64,000 nucleotides of DNA from a virus (taxonomy: Duplodnaviria; Heunggongvirae; Uroviricota; Caudoviricetes), in the IMG/VR virus record IMGVR_UViG_3300021431_000077, positions 103,062 to 167,061 of that record; one strand, 5' to 3'. Positions 45,719 through 55,032 of this stretch are shown here, one piece after another. The position numbers and the translations under genes were made by a program. The notes beneath the pieces are model-generated. The model ran no database searches. It was not told where the DNA came from and saw only the letters and a list, made by a program, of their open reading frames with translations. Every line of letters begins with the position of its first letter. The stretch's first letter is position 1.

Positions 45719-46282
45719 TTAGAACGGGAGGTCATCATCCTCTGGTGGAGGAGGGGTTTGGGCCTGGGGTTGTTCCTGAGTTTGGTACATTGCGCTGATG
45801 GGGGTTTGGTAATAGGGGGGTTGAACGGGTTGTGCATCCGTCTGGAACGGGGGTTCCCCACCCGTCGGAAAAGACGGTTGCGCATCTGTCTGGAAAGACG
45901 GTTGTTCAGCCGACGGGAAAGCGGGTTCGGCAGGCTGTTGGTTAAACTGTCTATTACCGAGGAGTTGGAACGTTTCGATTACAACGTCAGTTGCGTAGCG
46001 TTTTTGGCCATTCTGGTCATTCCACGAGCGGTAGGAGAGGGTTCCTTCGATGAAGAGGGGCATGCCCTTGTGGACACCGAGGGATTCGATGACATCTGCG
46101 GTTTTTCCCCATGCGACGAGGTTATGCCAGTCGGTTTGTTCCTTCTGTTCGCCATTTGAGTCTCTGTATCTTCTTGTGGTTGCAAGGGAGAGGGTGGCAC
46201 GTTTGCGGCCCGTTTGGGTGACAGCGAATTCGGGGTCTTTGCCTGTATTTCCTATGAGGAGGACTTTGTTGAGGTAAGCCAT
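45719..46282 (-). CDS. ssb: single-stranded DNA-binding protein
   Basis: LNKVLLIGNTGKDPE...TDWHNLVAWGKTA...FIEGTL; C-terminal DDDLPF. Confidence 0.97.
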   Translation of the reverse strand: MAYLNKVLLIGNTGKDPEFAVTQTGRKRATLSLATTRRYRDSNGEQKEQTDWHNLVAWGKTADVIESLGVHKGMPLFIEGTLSYRSWNDQNGQKRYATDVVIETFQLLGNRQFNQQPAEPAFPSAEQPSFQTDAQPSFPTGGEPPFQTDAQPVQPPYYQTPISAMYQTQEQPQAQTPPPPEDDDLPF

Positions 46283-46364
46283 ATTTTGTTATTCCTTTTG
46301 TTGTTGATGTTTTTGGTTGCAATGGAGGTTTTCACGGCATTTGAAGCAGATGTGGCGTTTGGGG

Positions 46365-46724
46365 TCAACGAGGGTTGTATAGGCACCAGTCGCCAGCAGG
46401 TCCATACGGTTTATTCTGGAAAGACGCCGTAGGCATATGAGACTGCAAGTGCTCGTATCGCCAGATGAGATTTCTGTCTTCCAGTATGATTGTGTCCACA
46501 TTCCCACAGAAGGACAGGGTGATGCACTTGTCAGGGTCATTGACAGCTACCCATGCGTCTTCCCTGAATTGCTTCGATGTAGTGTCGAATATTGCGACAA
46601 AGCAATGCCCACGATAGTCTACGAAGTCGCCGACGAAGTAGAATCGTCGGTCGCCAAATGTGTGTATTTCGTGCAGCTTGGAATGTACCATTTTTGACCT
46701 CGTTTTGGAAGCACCGTTAACCAT
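46365..46724 (-). CDS. hypothetical protein
   Basis: ORF in coupled run. Confidence 0.7.
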   Translation of the reverse strand: MVNGASKTRSKMVHSKLHEIHTFGDRRFYFVGDFVDYRGHCFVAIFDTTSKQFREDAWVAVNDPDKCITLSFCGNVDTIILEDRNLIWRYEHLQSHMPTASFQNKPYGPAGDWCLYNPR

Positions 46725-47046
46725 TCTTGATGCGGTTTACGGCATATTCGACATATCGGGAGATTTCCTCTGGTGTAGCCGAGTCGGTATCGGCTATTAT
46801 GAGGGGAGGGGTTGTTTTGGAGAACAGGGGCACATCACGTTTCCAGAGGGGTTTGTCGTTGAGTTCGTTACCGAGGAGGCCTAGGATATACTTCGGGGTA
46901 CGTTCGATGACTGGGACAAGGTTATCGAAGCTATTTTCGTCAGGGTAGAAGCCGAAGCGGGTACAATCCGTGTTTCCATCTCTGTTGGCAATCATGGAGA
47001 GGTGGTGCTTGCTTCGGCACAGGGTTTCGAACTCTGTTTCGTTCAT
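46717..47046 (-). CDS. hypothetical protein
   Basis: Likely start MNETEFE (GAGG RBS). Confidence 0.7.
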   Translation of the reverse strand: MNETEFETLCRSKHHLSMIANRDGNTDCTRFGFYPDENSFDNLVPVIERTPKYILGLLGNELNDKPLWKRDVPLFSKTTPPLIIADTDSATPEEISRYVEYAVNRIKNG

Positions 47047-47050
47047 GGGT

Positions 47051-47293
47051 TTAGTCCTCTGTTGGTTCATCCAGGAGGTGTTTATCCTCGTCCTTGTCGA
47101 GTTCTTCTTGGAGTTCCTTTTCGTCCCAGATTTCGTCATAGTTTGGGCAGTCTGGGATGCAGACGTACTTATCCTGCCAGTCTTCTGGTTCTGGACATTC
47201 ATCCATTTCAGTAAGGCGTTTGTGGCAAGATTTGCAGACAGCACAGGAGAGGGGGCAATCGACGAATACGCCGTCTTGGCAGATATCAACCAT
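47051..47293 (-). CDS. Cys-rich acidic small protein
   Basis: Multiple Cys pairs; AAGGA RBS. Confidence 0.7.
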   Translation of the reverse strand: MVDICQDGVFVDCPLSCAVCKSCHKRLTEMDECPEPEDWQDKYVCIPDCPNYDEIWDEKELQEELDKDEDKHLLDEPTED

Positions 47294-47307
47294 GGTTTGC
47301 TTCCTTT

Positions 47308-47784
47308 TTAGTTATCTTTGGCGATGCCGTAGGTTGTCCTGAGGGCAGCAAGCTGTGTTGCCGTCTGTTTATAGACCTTGACCATGTCGAGGGCGTAGAG
47401 GATATGGTTTGCGATTCCCTTCAGTGTCTCGATTGGGGCCCATGACGAGTCTTCGGTGTGGAAGTAATCGAGGGGTTCCCAATTCGGTTTTACGTCCATT
47501 TCTCCGTCTTCGTTGCGGTGGATACCGAAGTGCATGATGAGCACTGTCCCGTAGAAGTCGTCACGGGCTTCGTTGTAGTGCATGCAGAAATCGATTCGCA
47601 GGTCATCGAAATCGGTCGATACATGACCTTCGACGGTAATCGGGTTTCGCACGTTCAGTCTTACGGACTTGTTTTCGACGGTAAATCGTGACTTGTCGCA
47701 GACCAGCGGGGCGAGAAGGTCGATTACGTCACCTTTGGCGTTGTCAGCGTCGAGGATAGCCTGTTTTTGTGCAGAATTGTTCAT
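47308..47784 (-). CDS. hypothetical protein
   Basis: Start MNNSAQK; promoter at about 47831-47859. Confidence 0.75.
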   Translation of the reverse strand: MNNSAQKQAILDADNAKGDVIDLLAPLVCDKSRFTVENKSVRLNVRNPITVEGHVSTDFDDLRIDFCMHYNEARDDFYGTVLIMHFGIHRNEDGEMDVKPNWEPLDYFHTEDSSWAPIETLKGIANHILYALDMVKVYKQTATQLAALRTTYGIAKDN

Positions 47785-47855
47785 TGGGATTTCCTTTTTG
47801 TATATGTGGTTTGTATTTGTTTGCATGAACAATATAGATAATTATTTTCTGGCTG

Positions 47856-48533
47856 TCAAGGGGTTTTCTTACCTTTTCTGAAAGATGTTGCCTTCAGGGG
47901 TTCATCCTTGGCAAGGAATTTGAGTGCGAAAGCGAGTCCTTGTGGTTTTGACGTTGGGATGACCTTGACGGTATTTGCGTCGTAGAGCTGGGGTTCAACG
48001 AGTCTGACTGGAGGGCCGAAGTATTTATCAGGGTGTTTGAGGTAGTCTTGGAAACGGGCTTCTGATTTCGCTTTGAGTTCGGCGTATTCTTCCCTACGGA
48101 CTTTATCCCAGTATTGGTAGTTGAAGTTGCGTTGTTCGACTGGCCTTCCATAGAAGTAGTTAACGAGGTCTCTAACCCAGTATTCGACAGCGGCACATTT
48201 TCCGTCCACGTCTCTGTCTGGGGGGATTTCGAACTTAATCCGCTTGTTGATTTTATTGGATATATTTTTGAAGCCTCCGATAGAATCTAGGATTTCGTCC
48301 CCGTTGCGGAGGTTTCTTGTGGCATTTATGACGAACGAGAAGTATCTTCCGTCCTTTTCGATTTTATACAGGTCGGAGTGCGGTCTGGCGTCCATGACCA
48401 GTTCGTCTGCCGACAATTCCCCTTGATTGGTGGTTTTGAACCCGTTTTCTTCGAGGCGTTTGAAGAGGAGTTCGAACGGGGTTTCCTTCCATCCGTTCGG
48501 GAACTCGTTCTTGACCATTGTAAATTCGCTCAT
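47856..48533 (-). CDS. hypothetical protein
   Basis: 225 aa ORF. Confidence 0.8.
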   Translation of the reverse strand: MSEFTMVKNEFPNGWKETPFELLFKRLEENGFKTTNQGELSADELVMDARPHSDLYKIEKDGRYFSFVINATRNLRNGDEILDSIGGFKNISNKINKRIKFEIPPDRDVDGKCAAVEYWVRDLVNYFYGRPVEQRNFNYQYWDKVRREEYAELKAKSEARFQDYLKHPDKYFGPPVRLVEPQLYDANTVKVIPTSKPQGLAFALKFLAKDEPLKATSFRKGKKTP

Positions 48534-48644
48534 TTTTTATCCATGGGTTTAGTTAGATACTTGTCGATTTCATCCCGCAGTTTCTTGTATGCGAGTATTG
48601 CATGCAGTTCTTTCAGTGGCACTGTTTTAGACATAGTTTGTCAC

Positions 48645-49211
48645 CTACTTAGTCATCTTGGGCAAATCGAAGGTGACATTGAGTTTCTTGTTGCAGTGGG
48701 AGCAGTAGACGGAGAATGCGGGGAAGTTGCAGAGGGTTGGGACGTTTTTTTTGAACTCGTTGACTGTTCCGCATTCGCATTTCCACTGCACCTGATATTC
48801 GTCTGGTGCGAAGCAATGGGAGATGAGTTTCCAGCAGACTTCTGGTGCAACTGGATTTGATTTAGGCTTAGGTTTTGGTGGAATAGCGAGTTCCGCATCG
48901 AAGCAGTCCTTGGGTGCTTCAACCACGCCGCAAACTGCTGAGTCGAACTTCTGGGGGATGTCAACGGATTTCCAGTACTTGATTTGGGCCCCGTTGCAAC
49001 TATGGAAGTTGCCTGCTGGGACATCGTAGCAGAGGACATCGCCTTCTTTGCTTTCCGTCCAGGTAAGTGACTTGGCTGGTTTCATCTTGGCTACGATGAC
49101 TGCGGGTCTGAGTTTTTCTGGGTTCTGCCTGTCTTCGAGCAGGGCGAAGATTTCCTGATTCAATGGTATTTCAGTGTTGGAAACGTCGTTCCATCCGTGC
49201 AGTTCAATCAT
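48645..49211 (-). CDS. hypothetical protein with C-terminal Zn ribbon
   Basis: CECG...CSHC; start MIELHG after GGAGG. Confidence 0.75.
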   Translation of the reverse strand: MIELHGWNDVSNTEIPLNQEIFALLEDRQNPEKLRPAVIVAKMKPAKSLTWTESKEGDVLCYDVPAGNFHSCNGAQIKYWKSVDIPQKFDSAVCGVVEAPKDCFDAELAIPPKPKPKSNPVAPEVCWKLISHCFAPDEYQVQWKCECGTVNEFKKNVPTLCNFPAFSVYCSHCNKKLNVTFDLPKMTK

Positions 49212-49222
49212 TGGTTTTCCTC

Positions 49223-49561
49223 CTAGGAGATGCAATTTTTGAGTGATTGTTGTTCAATATCGTCGAACAGGTCTCCCGTGCTGGGGAGTTTACCGTTGGC
49301 ATCGTCGATATAGCGTTCGACGAGTTTCTTGAACTCTTCGTTTCCGCCATAAATCCACATTGTACGATAGTTGAACTGGGTAATGAACTTATGGGTTCTA
49401 TCGGTGTAGAAGGCCATGTTGTGGAGGCCAAGCATTCCGAATTCCTTTTCCTTGTAGAAGACATGAACATCGGAGAAGACTGGCTTGTCGGCATTGTCGT
49501 AAGTGAAGGTGCAGCCTTTGGATTCGAGGTATTTGTGGGCGTCGGAGTATTCCATGTTCAT
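49223..49561 (-). CDS. hypothetical protein
   Basis: Below promoter at about 49579-49607. Confidence 0.75.
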   Translation of the reverse strand: MNMEYSDAHKYLESKGCTFTYDNADKPVFSDVHVFYKEKEFGMLGLHNMAFYTDRTHKFITQFNYRTMWIYGGNEEFKKLVERYIDDANGKLPSTGDLFDDIEQQSLKNCIS

Positions 49562-49603
49562 AACCTTAGGTTTTAACAAATATAACGAAACAACCCCATG
49601 TTG

Positions 49604-49765
49604 TCAAGGGGTTTGTGGTAACTCTTTCTTGCAGTTGGGTTCTCCGCCCTTGCTGTCTGGAATCCAGGTGCATTTCTGGCTTTCGACAATGTCCTTGAAC
49701 CAAGTGGGGAGTTCTTTCGGCAATTCCTCCCCGTCGAGCAATCCTTTTATTTTGACCCGTTCCAT
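49604..49765 (-). CDS. 53-aa hypothetical protein (not in ORF track)
   Basis: MERVKIKGLLDGEELPKELPTWF...; GAGGA RBS. Confidence 0.6.
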   Translation of the reverse strand: MERVKIKGLLDGEELPKELPTWFKDIVESQKCTWIPDSKGGEPNCKKELPQTP

Positions 49766-49776
49766 TGAATCCTCGC

Positions 49777-50454
49777 TTATAGCTGTATAAGCTCATTGGT
49801 CTCGCGTTCTTTTTCTGCAGCTTTTACGAGGGCTTCCATGTTGTCGATATACTGTCTGACGAGGGACGGGTTAAGTTTGCCTCCCGACTGACGCATGCAT
49901 TGCCCGACGAGTTCGTGCTTTGCCTTGTCGTCACCGTTCTGGGCCCTGTGCAGGAGGTCTGGAAACTTGTTGATGATATCGAGGACAGCAATCGGGTCGG
50001 GCATGCACTGGCGGAGACCGATGTTCTTGATGACATCCTCTGGGGTTCCACCCTGTTCGAAGATGATTTCTGCAACCTTCTTTCCAATCTTGGCGTTGAT
50101 AACATTGTCCTTAATCATGTCGAAGACATGGAGGACGTTCTGAATCTTCTCATTTTCCATCGGGTTTCTCATGTTTTTACTCATTTGTTCTATCCATGCC
50201 CATGTCTTACTCAGCAGGCAGCCGTGCATATTTCGTGGATTGAATTCAGTTATGTGATAAATTTCGAAACATTTATCGGCGAGCTTGGCTATCTTCTGGT
50301 AAACCTCTTCCGCAGTAAACTCCGTGCATAGGAGCCACATGGGTTCAATAGGGTGTTGCCAGTCACCGAGCTTCTTGATTGTGTGCAGAAATTCCGTCCA
50401 GTCATCTGGACTTACGTTTGAAGGCTGGCTGTATGTGACAGATACGAAATTCAT
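49777..50454 (-). CDS. fusion: small ferredoxin-like (Cas2/'SinR-family'-like) domain plus GatB/YqeY C-terminal domain
   Basis: C-terminus INAKIGKKVAEIIFEQGGTPEDVI.NIGLRQ...LVGQCMRQSGGKLNPSLV matches GatB_Yqey; N-terminus aligns with ORF 62595-62888. Confidence 0.75.
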   Translation of the reverse strand: MNFVSVTYSQPSNVSPDDWTEFLHTIKKLGDWQHPIEPMWLLCTEFTAEEVYQKIAKLADKCFEIYHITEFNPRNMHGCLLSKTWAWIEQMSKNMRNPMENEKIQNVLHVFDMIKDNVINAKIGKKVAEIIFEQGGTPEDVIKNIGLRQCMPDPIAVLDIINKFPDLLHRAQNGDDKAKHELVGQCMRQSGGKLNPSLVRQYIDNMEALVKAAEKERETNELIQL

Positions 50455-50744
50455 CGCCCCTCCTCTGGGTAAATGTATTCTGGTTTAATCTTGCTGGTTT
50501 TCTCTACGAGTTCGCAATGTTCTTCGTACAGCTTGATGTATTTTCTTGCATCCTCCTCGGAGTAGAACCCGATGCGGTTAGCAAGGCAAAATGCGTCATA
50601 GGTTTCATGCTCGATGTAAACATCAAGTTCCTGATACTCGCTTAAAAAAGCGGGTTCCCACCAGCGGAAGAACAGGAATTTGACCCTCTTGTAGGGAGCG
50701 AAAATTTTCTTTCCGTTATTATACAAGACTTTTATACGCCACAT
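50451..50744 (-). CDS. hypothetical protein
   Basis: Coupled ORF. Confidence 0.75.
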   Translation of the reverse strand: MWRIKVLYNNGKKIFAPYKRVKFLFFRWWEPAFLSEYQELDVYIEHETYDAFCLANRIGFYSEEDARKYIKLYEEHCELVEKTSKIKPEYIYPEEGR

Positions 50745-50747
50745 AGG

Positions 50748-51005
50748 TTAAACTCCTTTCCAGTCGGCTTTGTCGAGGAGCCAGTCGGAGAATGTGATGA
50801 CTGGATTCATAAGATACTTGTGCTCAGTTGATGACCATGGCCTGACGATGCGGTAGAGCATGAATGCTGGCATCAGTGCGAGCTTGGCGAGGTAGTAGAT
50901 ACCGAGAGCGAGCAGGCTGATTAGGGCCGCTGCGATGACGAAGGGGAGTGCAATGATTGATATGAACAGCACTACAACCCAGTGGATTCGTTGTTTGATA
51001 GTCAT
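50748..51005 (-). CDS. membrane protein
   Basis: Long hydrophobic N-terminal half. Confidence 0.75.
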   Translation of the reverse strand: MTIKQRIHWVVVLFISIIALPFVIAAALISLLALGIYYLAKLALMPAFMLYRIVRPWSSTEHKYLMNPVITFSDWLLDKADWKGV

Positions 51006-51008
51006 AAT

Positions 51009-51428
51009 TTACCACGGTTCATGATATACAAGGTCAAGGATTTGCGTCATTTGGTGGTCAAAGTAGTTTTTTAACACGGTGAGACACTGAATTGCACTAT
51101 CAACGGTGATGGCCACTGTGCCATCGCTGTTGACTGACGCTTTCACTTTCTTGAACCAGTCTGGCGAGTCCAGCTTCATCTGAGCGGCCTTTATCCGTGT
51201 GTTACGGACAAAGGTTGCAAAATGCAGACCAAAAACTGCATCGTGTAAATCGTCAACCGAAGATTCGAGAATCATGTCTTTACTGCGGGTTACCCAGTCG
51301 TCTGCATCGAGGTTTGCTTCCTTGCGTTTTTCATCCACGGCCTCACGGGTGAGATAACCTTCATTGACCATCTCTGTTGCATACCGTTCGATTTCGTCGA
51401 GATATTCCTTCGTTATTTTATCTGCCAT
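51009..51428 (-). CDS. hypothetical protein
   Basis: ORF in run. Confidence 0.75.
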   Translation of the reverse strand: MADKITKEYLDEIERYATEMVNEGYLTREAVDEKRKEANLDADDWVTRSKDMILESSVDDLHDAVFGLHFATFVRNTRIKAAQMKLDSPDWFKKVKASVNSDGTVAITVDSAIQCLTVLKNYFDHQMTQILDLVYHEPW

Positions 51429-51430
51429 AA

Positions 51431-51772
51431 TTATCTACCATACCTGCGAGACAACCATTGTTTATCCATCTTATTCCTAGATTTAAGCTTTATGCTTTCT
51501 GGTAATTGCTCAACCAATCTTCGCCTGCTTTCCTGATAACATTCTAGCGCCCATAATTGTCGTGCATAAATTCCTGTCAGTGTAAACAGGCGTATTTCTT
51601 TATACAAGCCAGGGAGTACACGGGTATAATAATACACACTATGGTCTTTATTCGAGTACACCGCAGTGGAACTTCGCCCTTCCCATCCATTGAAGAACCC
51701 CAATGTATAGTATGCCAGTTCAAACGCCTCCTCTTCGGTGAGACATAAGTTTGCTAGTTTACATTTCTTCAT
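51431..51772 (-). CDS. hypothetical protein
   Basis: Below promoter at about 51825-51852. Confidence 0.7.
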   Translation of the reverse strand: MKKCKLANLCLTEEEAFELAYYTLGFFNGWEGRSSTAVYSNKDHSVYYYTRVLPGLYKEIRLFTLTGIYARQLWALECYQESRRRLVEQLPESIKLKSRNKMDKQWLSRRYGR

Positions 51773-51831
51773 GGCAATGATTTATCCGAATAAGTCTTTG
51801 TTGCGGTGTTCTAGGTACGGAATAAATATAG

Positions 51832-52056
51832 TTAATTTTTCTGTTTCGTCAAGTCCCTTCCGCACATAGGGCAAAATTTTATGCCACGGATGGTGCAGAT
51901 ATTAACGGTCTGGTCGTCCGTCGTCTGGATTTCAATATCGTTAAAGTGTACTATCGCCTCGTATGGAAAGCAGCTCATTGGTGCATTGAGGACAACGCCA
52001 CCTGGGTGTTCGCAGTAGAAGCACGGTTGCTTCTTTTTTTCTTCTTCGTTTTTCAT
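51832..52056 (-). CDS. small Zn-finger protein
   Basis: PCFYC...KFCPMCGRDL; likely start MKNEEEK. Confidence 0.7.
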   Translation of the reverse strand: MKNEEEKKKQPCFYCEHPGGVVLNAPMSCFPYEAIVHFNDIEIQTTDDQTVNICTIRGIKFCPMCGRDLTKQKN

Positions 52057-52556
52057 TTGCGATTCCTTTTGCAATCGGGGTATAGGAACCTGAGAGCCTT
52101 GTAGATGCCATCTGGTGCTGACATCCCAGGTATCGGCCCATGACAGTCGAACAGTGCTGGAAACCTGCGGCGGTCCATAGGCATGCGTTCTTTGGGATGC
52201 TTCTTCCGCCATTCCGCTTCTTCCCGTTCCCATTCTTCGAGAGCCTTCTTGCGTTCTTCTTCCCACTTCTTGGCTTCGATGGCACGCTTGGCATCTTCCT
52301 CTGCCCAACGCTTACGGTCTGCAGCGATGTCGTGAATCTTCTTCAACGGGATTCCGTTGGAAAGGATTTCCTTGATGACATAGTTGTCGGGACCGTATTC
52401 CTCGTTATTGAGGCGGCAGATTTCTAGGTCGTAGTCTTCCTTGCTGCGGAAGTAGCCACAGAACCATTGCTTACCGTTCGGGTAGACACGGTAGAGTTCA
52501 AAACAGCGTTCGGAGCCTTGGAGTTTAGCTCCTGTATAGTCAATCATTTTTCTCAT
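52053..52556 (-). CDS. hypothetical protein
   Basis: ATGA overlaps. Confidence 0.75.
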   Translation of the reverse strand: MRKMIDYTGAKLQGSERCFELYRVYPNGKQWFCGYFRSKEDYDLEICRLNNEEYGPDNYVIKEILSNGIPLKKIHDIAADRKRWAEEDAKRAIEAKKWEEERKKALEEWEREEAEWRKKHPKERMPMDRRRFPALFDCHGPIPGMSAPDGIYKALRFLYPDCKRNRK

Positions 52557-52981
52557 TTCAGTTTCTCCGCAAGTTTACGGTAATTCTCTTCGAGGTTTCC
52601 CCAGAATGCAATCCATTCTTTATAGGATTTATGTGCGATGCGTTTGAACGGGTTCGTACGGGTTCTATCGCCATTTTCGGAACAGTAATGCAGGCGAGCG
52701 GTACGGAAATACACATGCCACAGGAATTTGTTTTCCTTCGCTCTTTCCGCTTTTTCAAGGCACAGCGCACGGCGGAGCAGCTTGATTTCCATCGCCTGCT
52801 TTCTGGCGAGCTGCAACCAGTTTTCACGGGCCTTGTCGGTATTGAGTGCATCTTCCTTCAAGTTGGCAAACTCGATTTCTTTTGCTTCGAGTTTCGCTTT
52901 CAGCTCGGCATTCTCGATGCGGAGCTTTTCGTCAGTCTGATTGTTGTTTGAACTGATGTGAAATCGTCTTCCACCTCTCAT
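52553..52981 (-). CDS. hypothetical coiled-coil protein
   Basis: Likely start MRGGRRF (GGAG RBS). Confidence 0.7.
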   Translation of the reverse strand: MRGGRRFHISSNNNQTDEKLRIENAELKAKLEAKEIEFANLKEDALNTDKARENWLQLARKQAMEIKLLRRALCLEKAERAKENKFLWHVYFRTARLHYCSENGDRTRTNPFKRIAHKSYKEWIAFWGNLEENYRKLAEKLK

Positions 52982-53985
52982 GTTTTCTCCTTTTCGTTTT
53001 CGGCAAGCTTCTTGATGTAGTCGAGCATGAACGGGGTGTGCTTTTCGACAAGTTTGCACAGTTCGTCAAATTCGATGACATGCAATTCAGTCAACCCCTG
53101 TTCTATCGTGCTCATCCTAGACAGGTATAAAGAAGACTCTTCGTTGAAGTATGGGTGAAACCCATAGTCAATATGAAGTGTACGCCCAGTCAGGTAAACC
53201 GACTTATCACCATATCCTGTAAGCGTGAGTCCGTCAATCCGCATATATTTACAGTTATTGACATCTTCATCATCCCAGAATACATACTTTCCGCCAAGCG
53301 CCCCAATGATAGCGTTGCGTAGTTGTTTTTCAATGCTTCCGTTCTCTTTGATGATTTTTCTAAGCAGATGTGCCTTACCCTTGGTGCAACGACGAATCAT
53401 GTCGAGCAGCTCTGTATTTTTATCATGTAGCTTCTCGGCAATTTTCGACATTTCCCTGTAGGTTTCAATGTCTGCCTTATAATGAAGGGAATCCATGTAA
53501 AGACCGATTGATTTCGCCACATTTTCGCAAAGTGATTCGTCGGAGTTAATCGTCGGATATTTTCTTAGTTCATTGACCAAGGTGGCAATAGCATTTTGCT
53601 CTTCATGGGATTTCCTACTTATTGCCGCTATCTCGTCAATATGGTTTAACACAACTTCACAGAAAAACTCTTCGCAAAAAGCCATACTGTCTTGCCAATA
53701 TTTGCTTCCGCAGGTTTCCTCTGCCTTCTTTCTTGCAGCCTCCACTTCATCCTTCCATCGAAGACCTGCATCAGGATTTGTCCACCTTTCAGTCAAGGTG
53801 GTTACACGGAGGAATGCAATGAAAAAGTTGATGAAATAGCCTGTACGGTCGCTATAATATCCTAGAATACGCTTTAACCCGTCAAGGGTGTAATCCCACT
53901 CTGGAGGTGGCATGTATGTCATTCCAGACTTAGGTTCTTTTGCGTAAAGCTCTCTTGCTTCTTTCAGAAATTGTTTTGCATCCAT
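52978..53985 (-). CDS. hypothetical protein
   Basis: 335 aa ORF. Confidence 0.8.
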   Translation of the reverse strand: MDAKQFLKEARELYAKEPKSGMTYMPPPEWDYTLDGLKRILGYYSDRTGYFINFFIAFLRVTTLTERWTNPDAGLRWKDEVEAARKKAEETCGSKYWQDSMAFCEEFFCEVVLNHIDEIAAISRKSHEEQNAIATLVNELRKYPTINSDESLCENVAKSIGLYMDSLHYKADIETYREMSKIAEKLHDKNTELLDMIRRCTKGKAHLLRKIIKENGSIEKQLRNAIIGALGGKYVFWDDEDVNNCKYMRIDGLTLTGYGDKSVYLTGRTLHIDYGFHPYFNEESSLYLSRMSTIEQGLTELHVIEFDELCKLVEKHTPFMLDYIKKLAENEKEKT

Positions 53986-53986
53986 A

Positions 53987-54235
53987 CTACTTCTCTTTGT
54001 TTTCCTGCTGCATGTCGTGCAGGGATTTTACGTGGTAGCTGATAGTGTCCTTGCTCAAGTCGGGGAAATAACCAGTTTCCTCGTAGAGTTCGTCAGAAAC
54101 CCATTTGCACTCTCGGCATTGAATCCTTATGCTGAAAATGCCGTAGTCAACCCTTTCCCCGAAACACTCGAATTTGATATCGTTCTTGCATTGAGGGCAG
54201 ACGATGTAGTTACGCGGTTTCATGTCGAACTGCAT
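53987..54235 (-). CDS. Zn-ribbon protein
   Basis: CPQC...CREC. Confidence 0.75.
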   Translation of the reverse strand: MQFDMKPRNYIVCPQCKNDIKFECFGERVDYGIFSIRIQCRECKWVSDELYEETGYFPDLSKDTISYHVKSLHDMQQENKEK

Positions 54236-54244
54236 AGGAACTCC

Positions 54245-54751
54245 TTACTTAGTTTTTACATGGTTCTTTACGGCGTTCACGATACGGATTACATCCTTGT
54301 CAGTAACCGATTCCCACCTTACCTGATAGGACAGGTCATCAAGCGTACCGTTCTCACACGGGGCGACACCCAGCATCGTAGCAAGACCCTTACCATTGAT
54401 AAAGAAAACTGAGTTCTGAATGGCACCCTGCAAATTGAAGGTGTCCTTCGGGAATTTCGAACCGATGTATTTCACGAACTTGACGAAGCTCCAGCGAGGG
54501 ATATCCATATACCGTCTATCGGCTTCGTGCCAAAAACTGTCACCATACAAACGAACCTTGTACTGATTGAGTTCAAGTTCGGCAAGCGGCCTGTCTTCCG
54601 CTTCTGGTCTATAGTCAAACGAATGAATGCGACGGTTGGAATCGGTCGTGTCGAGGACTTCACCCTTGCCCTGTGCAACCCACATGGCGAGTTCCCAATG
54701 AGTCGGGATATTGCTTGTAATCTCTTCTGTTTTAACGTTCTTTTTTACCAT
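54245..54751 (-). CDS. hypothetical protein
   Basis: ORF in run. Confidence 0.75.
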   Translation of the reverse strand: MVKKNVKTEEITSNIPTHWELAMWVAQGKGEVLDTTDSNRRIHSFDYRPEAEDRPLAELELNQYKVRLYGDSFWHEADRRYMDIPRWSFVKFVKYIGSKFPKDTFNLQGAIQNSVFFINGKGLATMLGVAPCENGTLDDLSYQVRWESVTDKDVIRIVNAVKNHVKTK

Positions 54752-55023
54752 GTTAAACCCTCTGGATAAGCGTCATCAAACCCGACATAGAATTTGCCTT
54801 TATAACCCTGTTTGATGGCTTTGTTGATGAAATCGATTGCTTGCTGTTCCGTATGGAAAATCGGGTCATATATGCTTTTGCTGTATATTTCGGCATGTCC
54901 CATGGCGGTATCAGCCGTCATGAGGATATATTGGGACCATCTGAGAAATCCCTTCTTCCACTGGGGAACCCAGCGACCGTGTATTTTCTTGACACGGTGT
55001 GTCTTGTCGATGTAGGTGGCCAT
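54745..55023 (-). CDS. hypothetical protein
   Basis: AAGGA RBS. Confidence 0.75.
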   Translation of the reverse strand: MATYIDKTHRVKKIHGRWVPQWKKGFLRWSQYILMTADTAMGHAEIYSKSIYDPIFHTEQQAIDFINKAIKQGYKGKFYVGFDDAYPEGLTW

Positions 55024-55032
55024 AGTTATCCT

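Noticed and set aside
49566-49796. Track ORF 49566-49796
   Set aside because: It overlaps the promoter at about 49579-49607; the frame with a proper RBS is 49604-49765.
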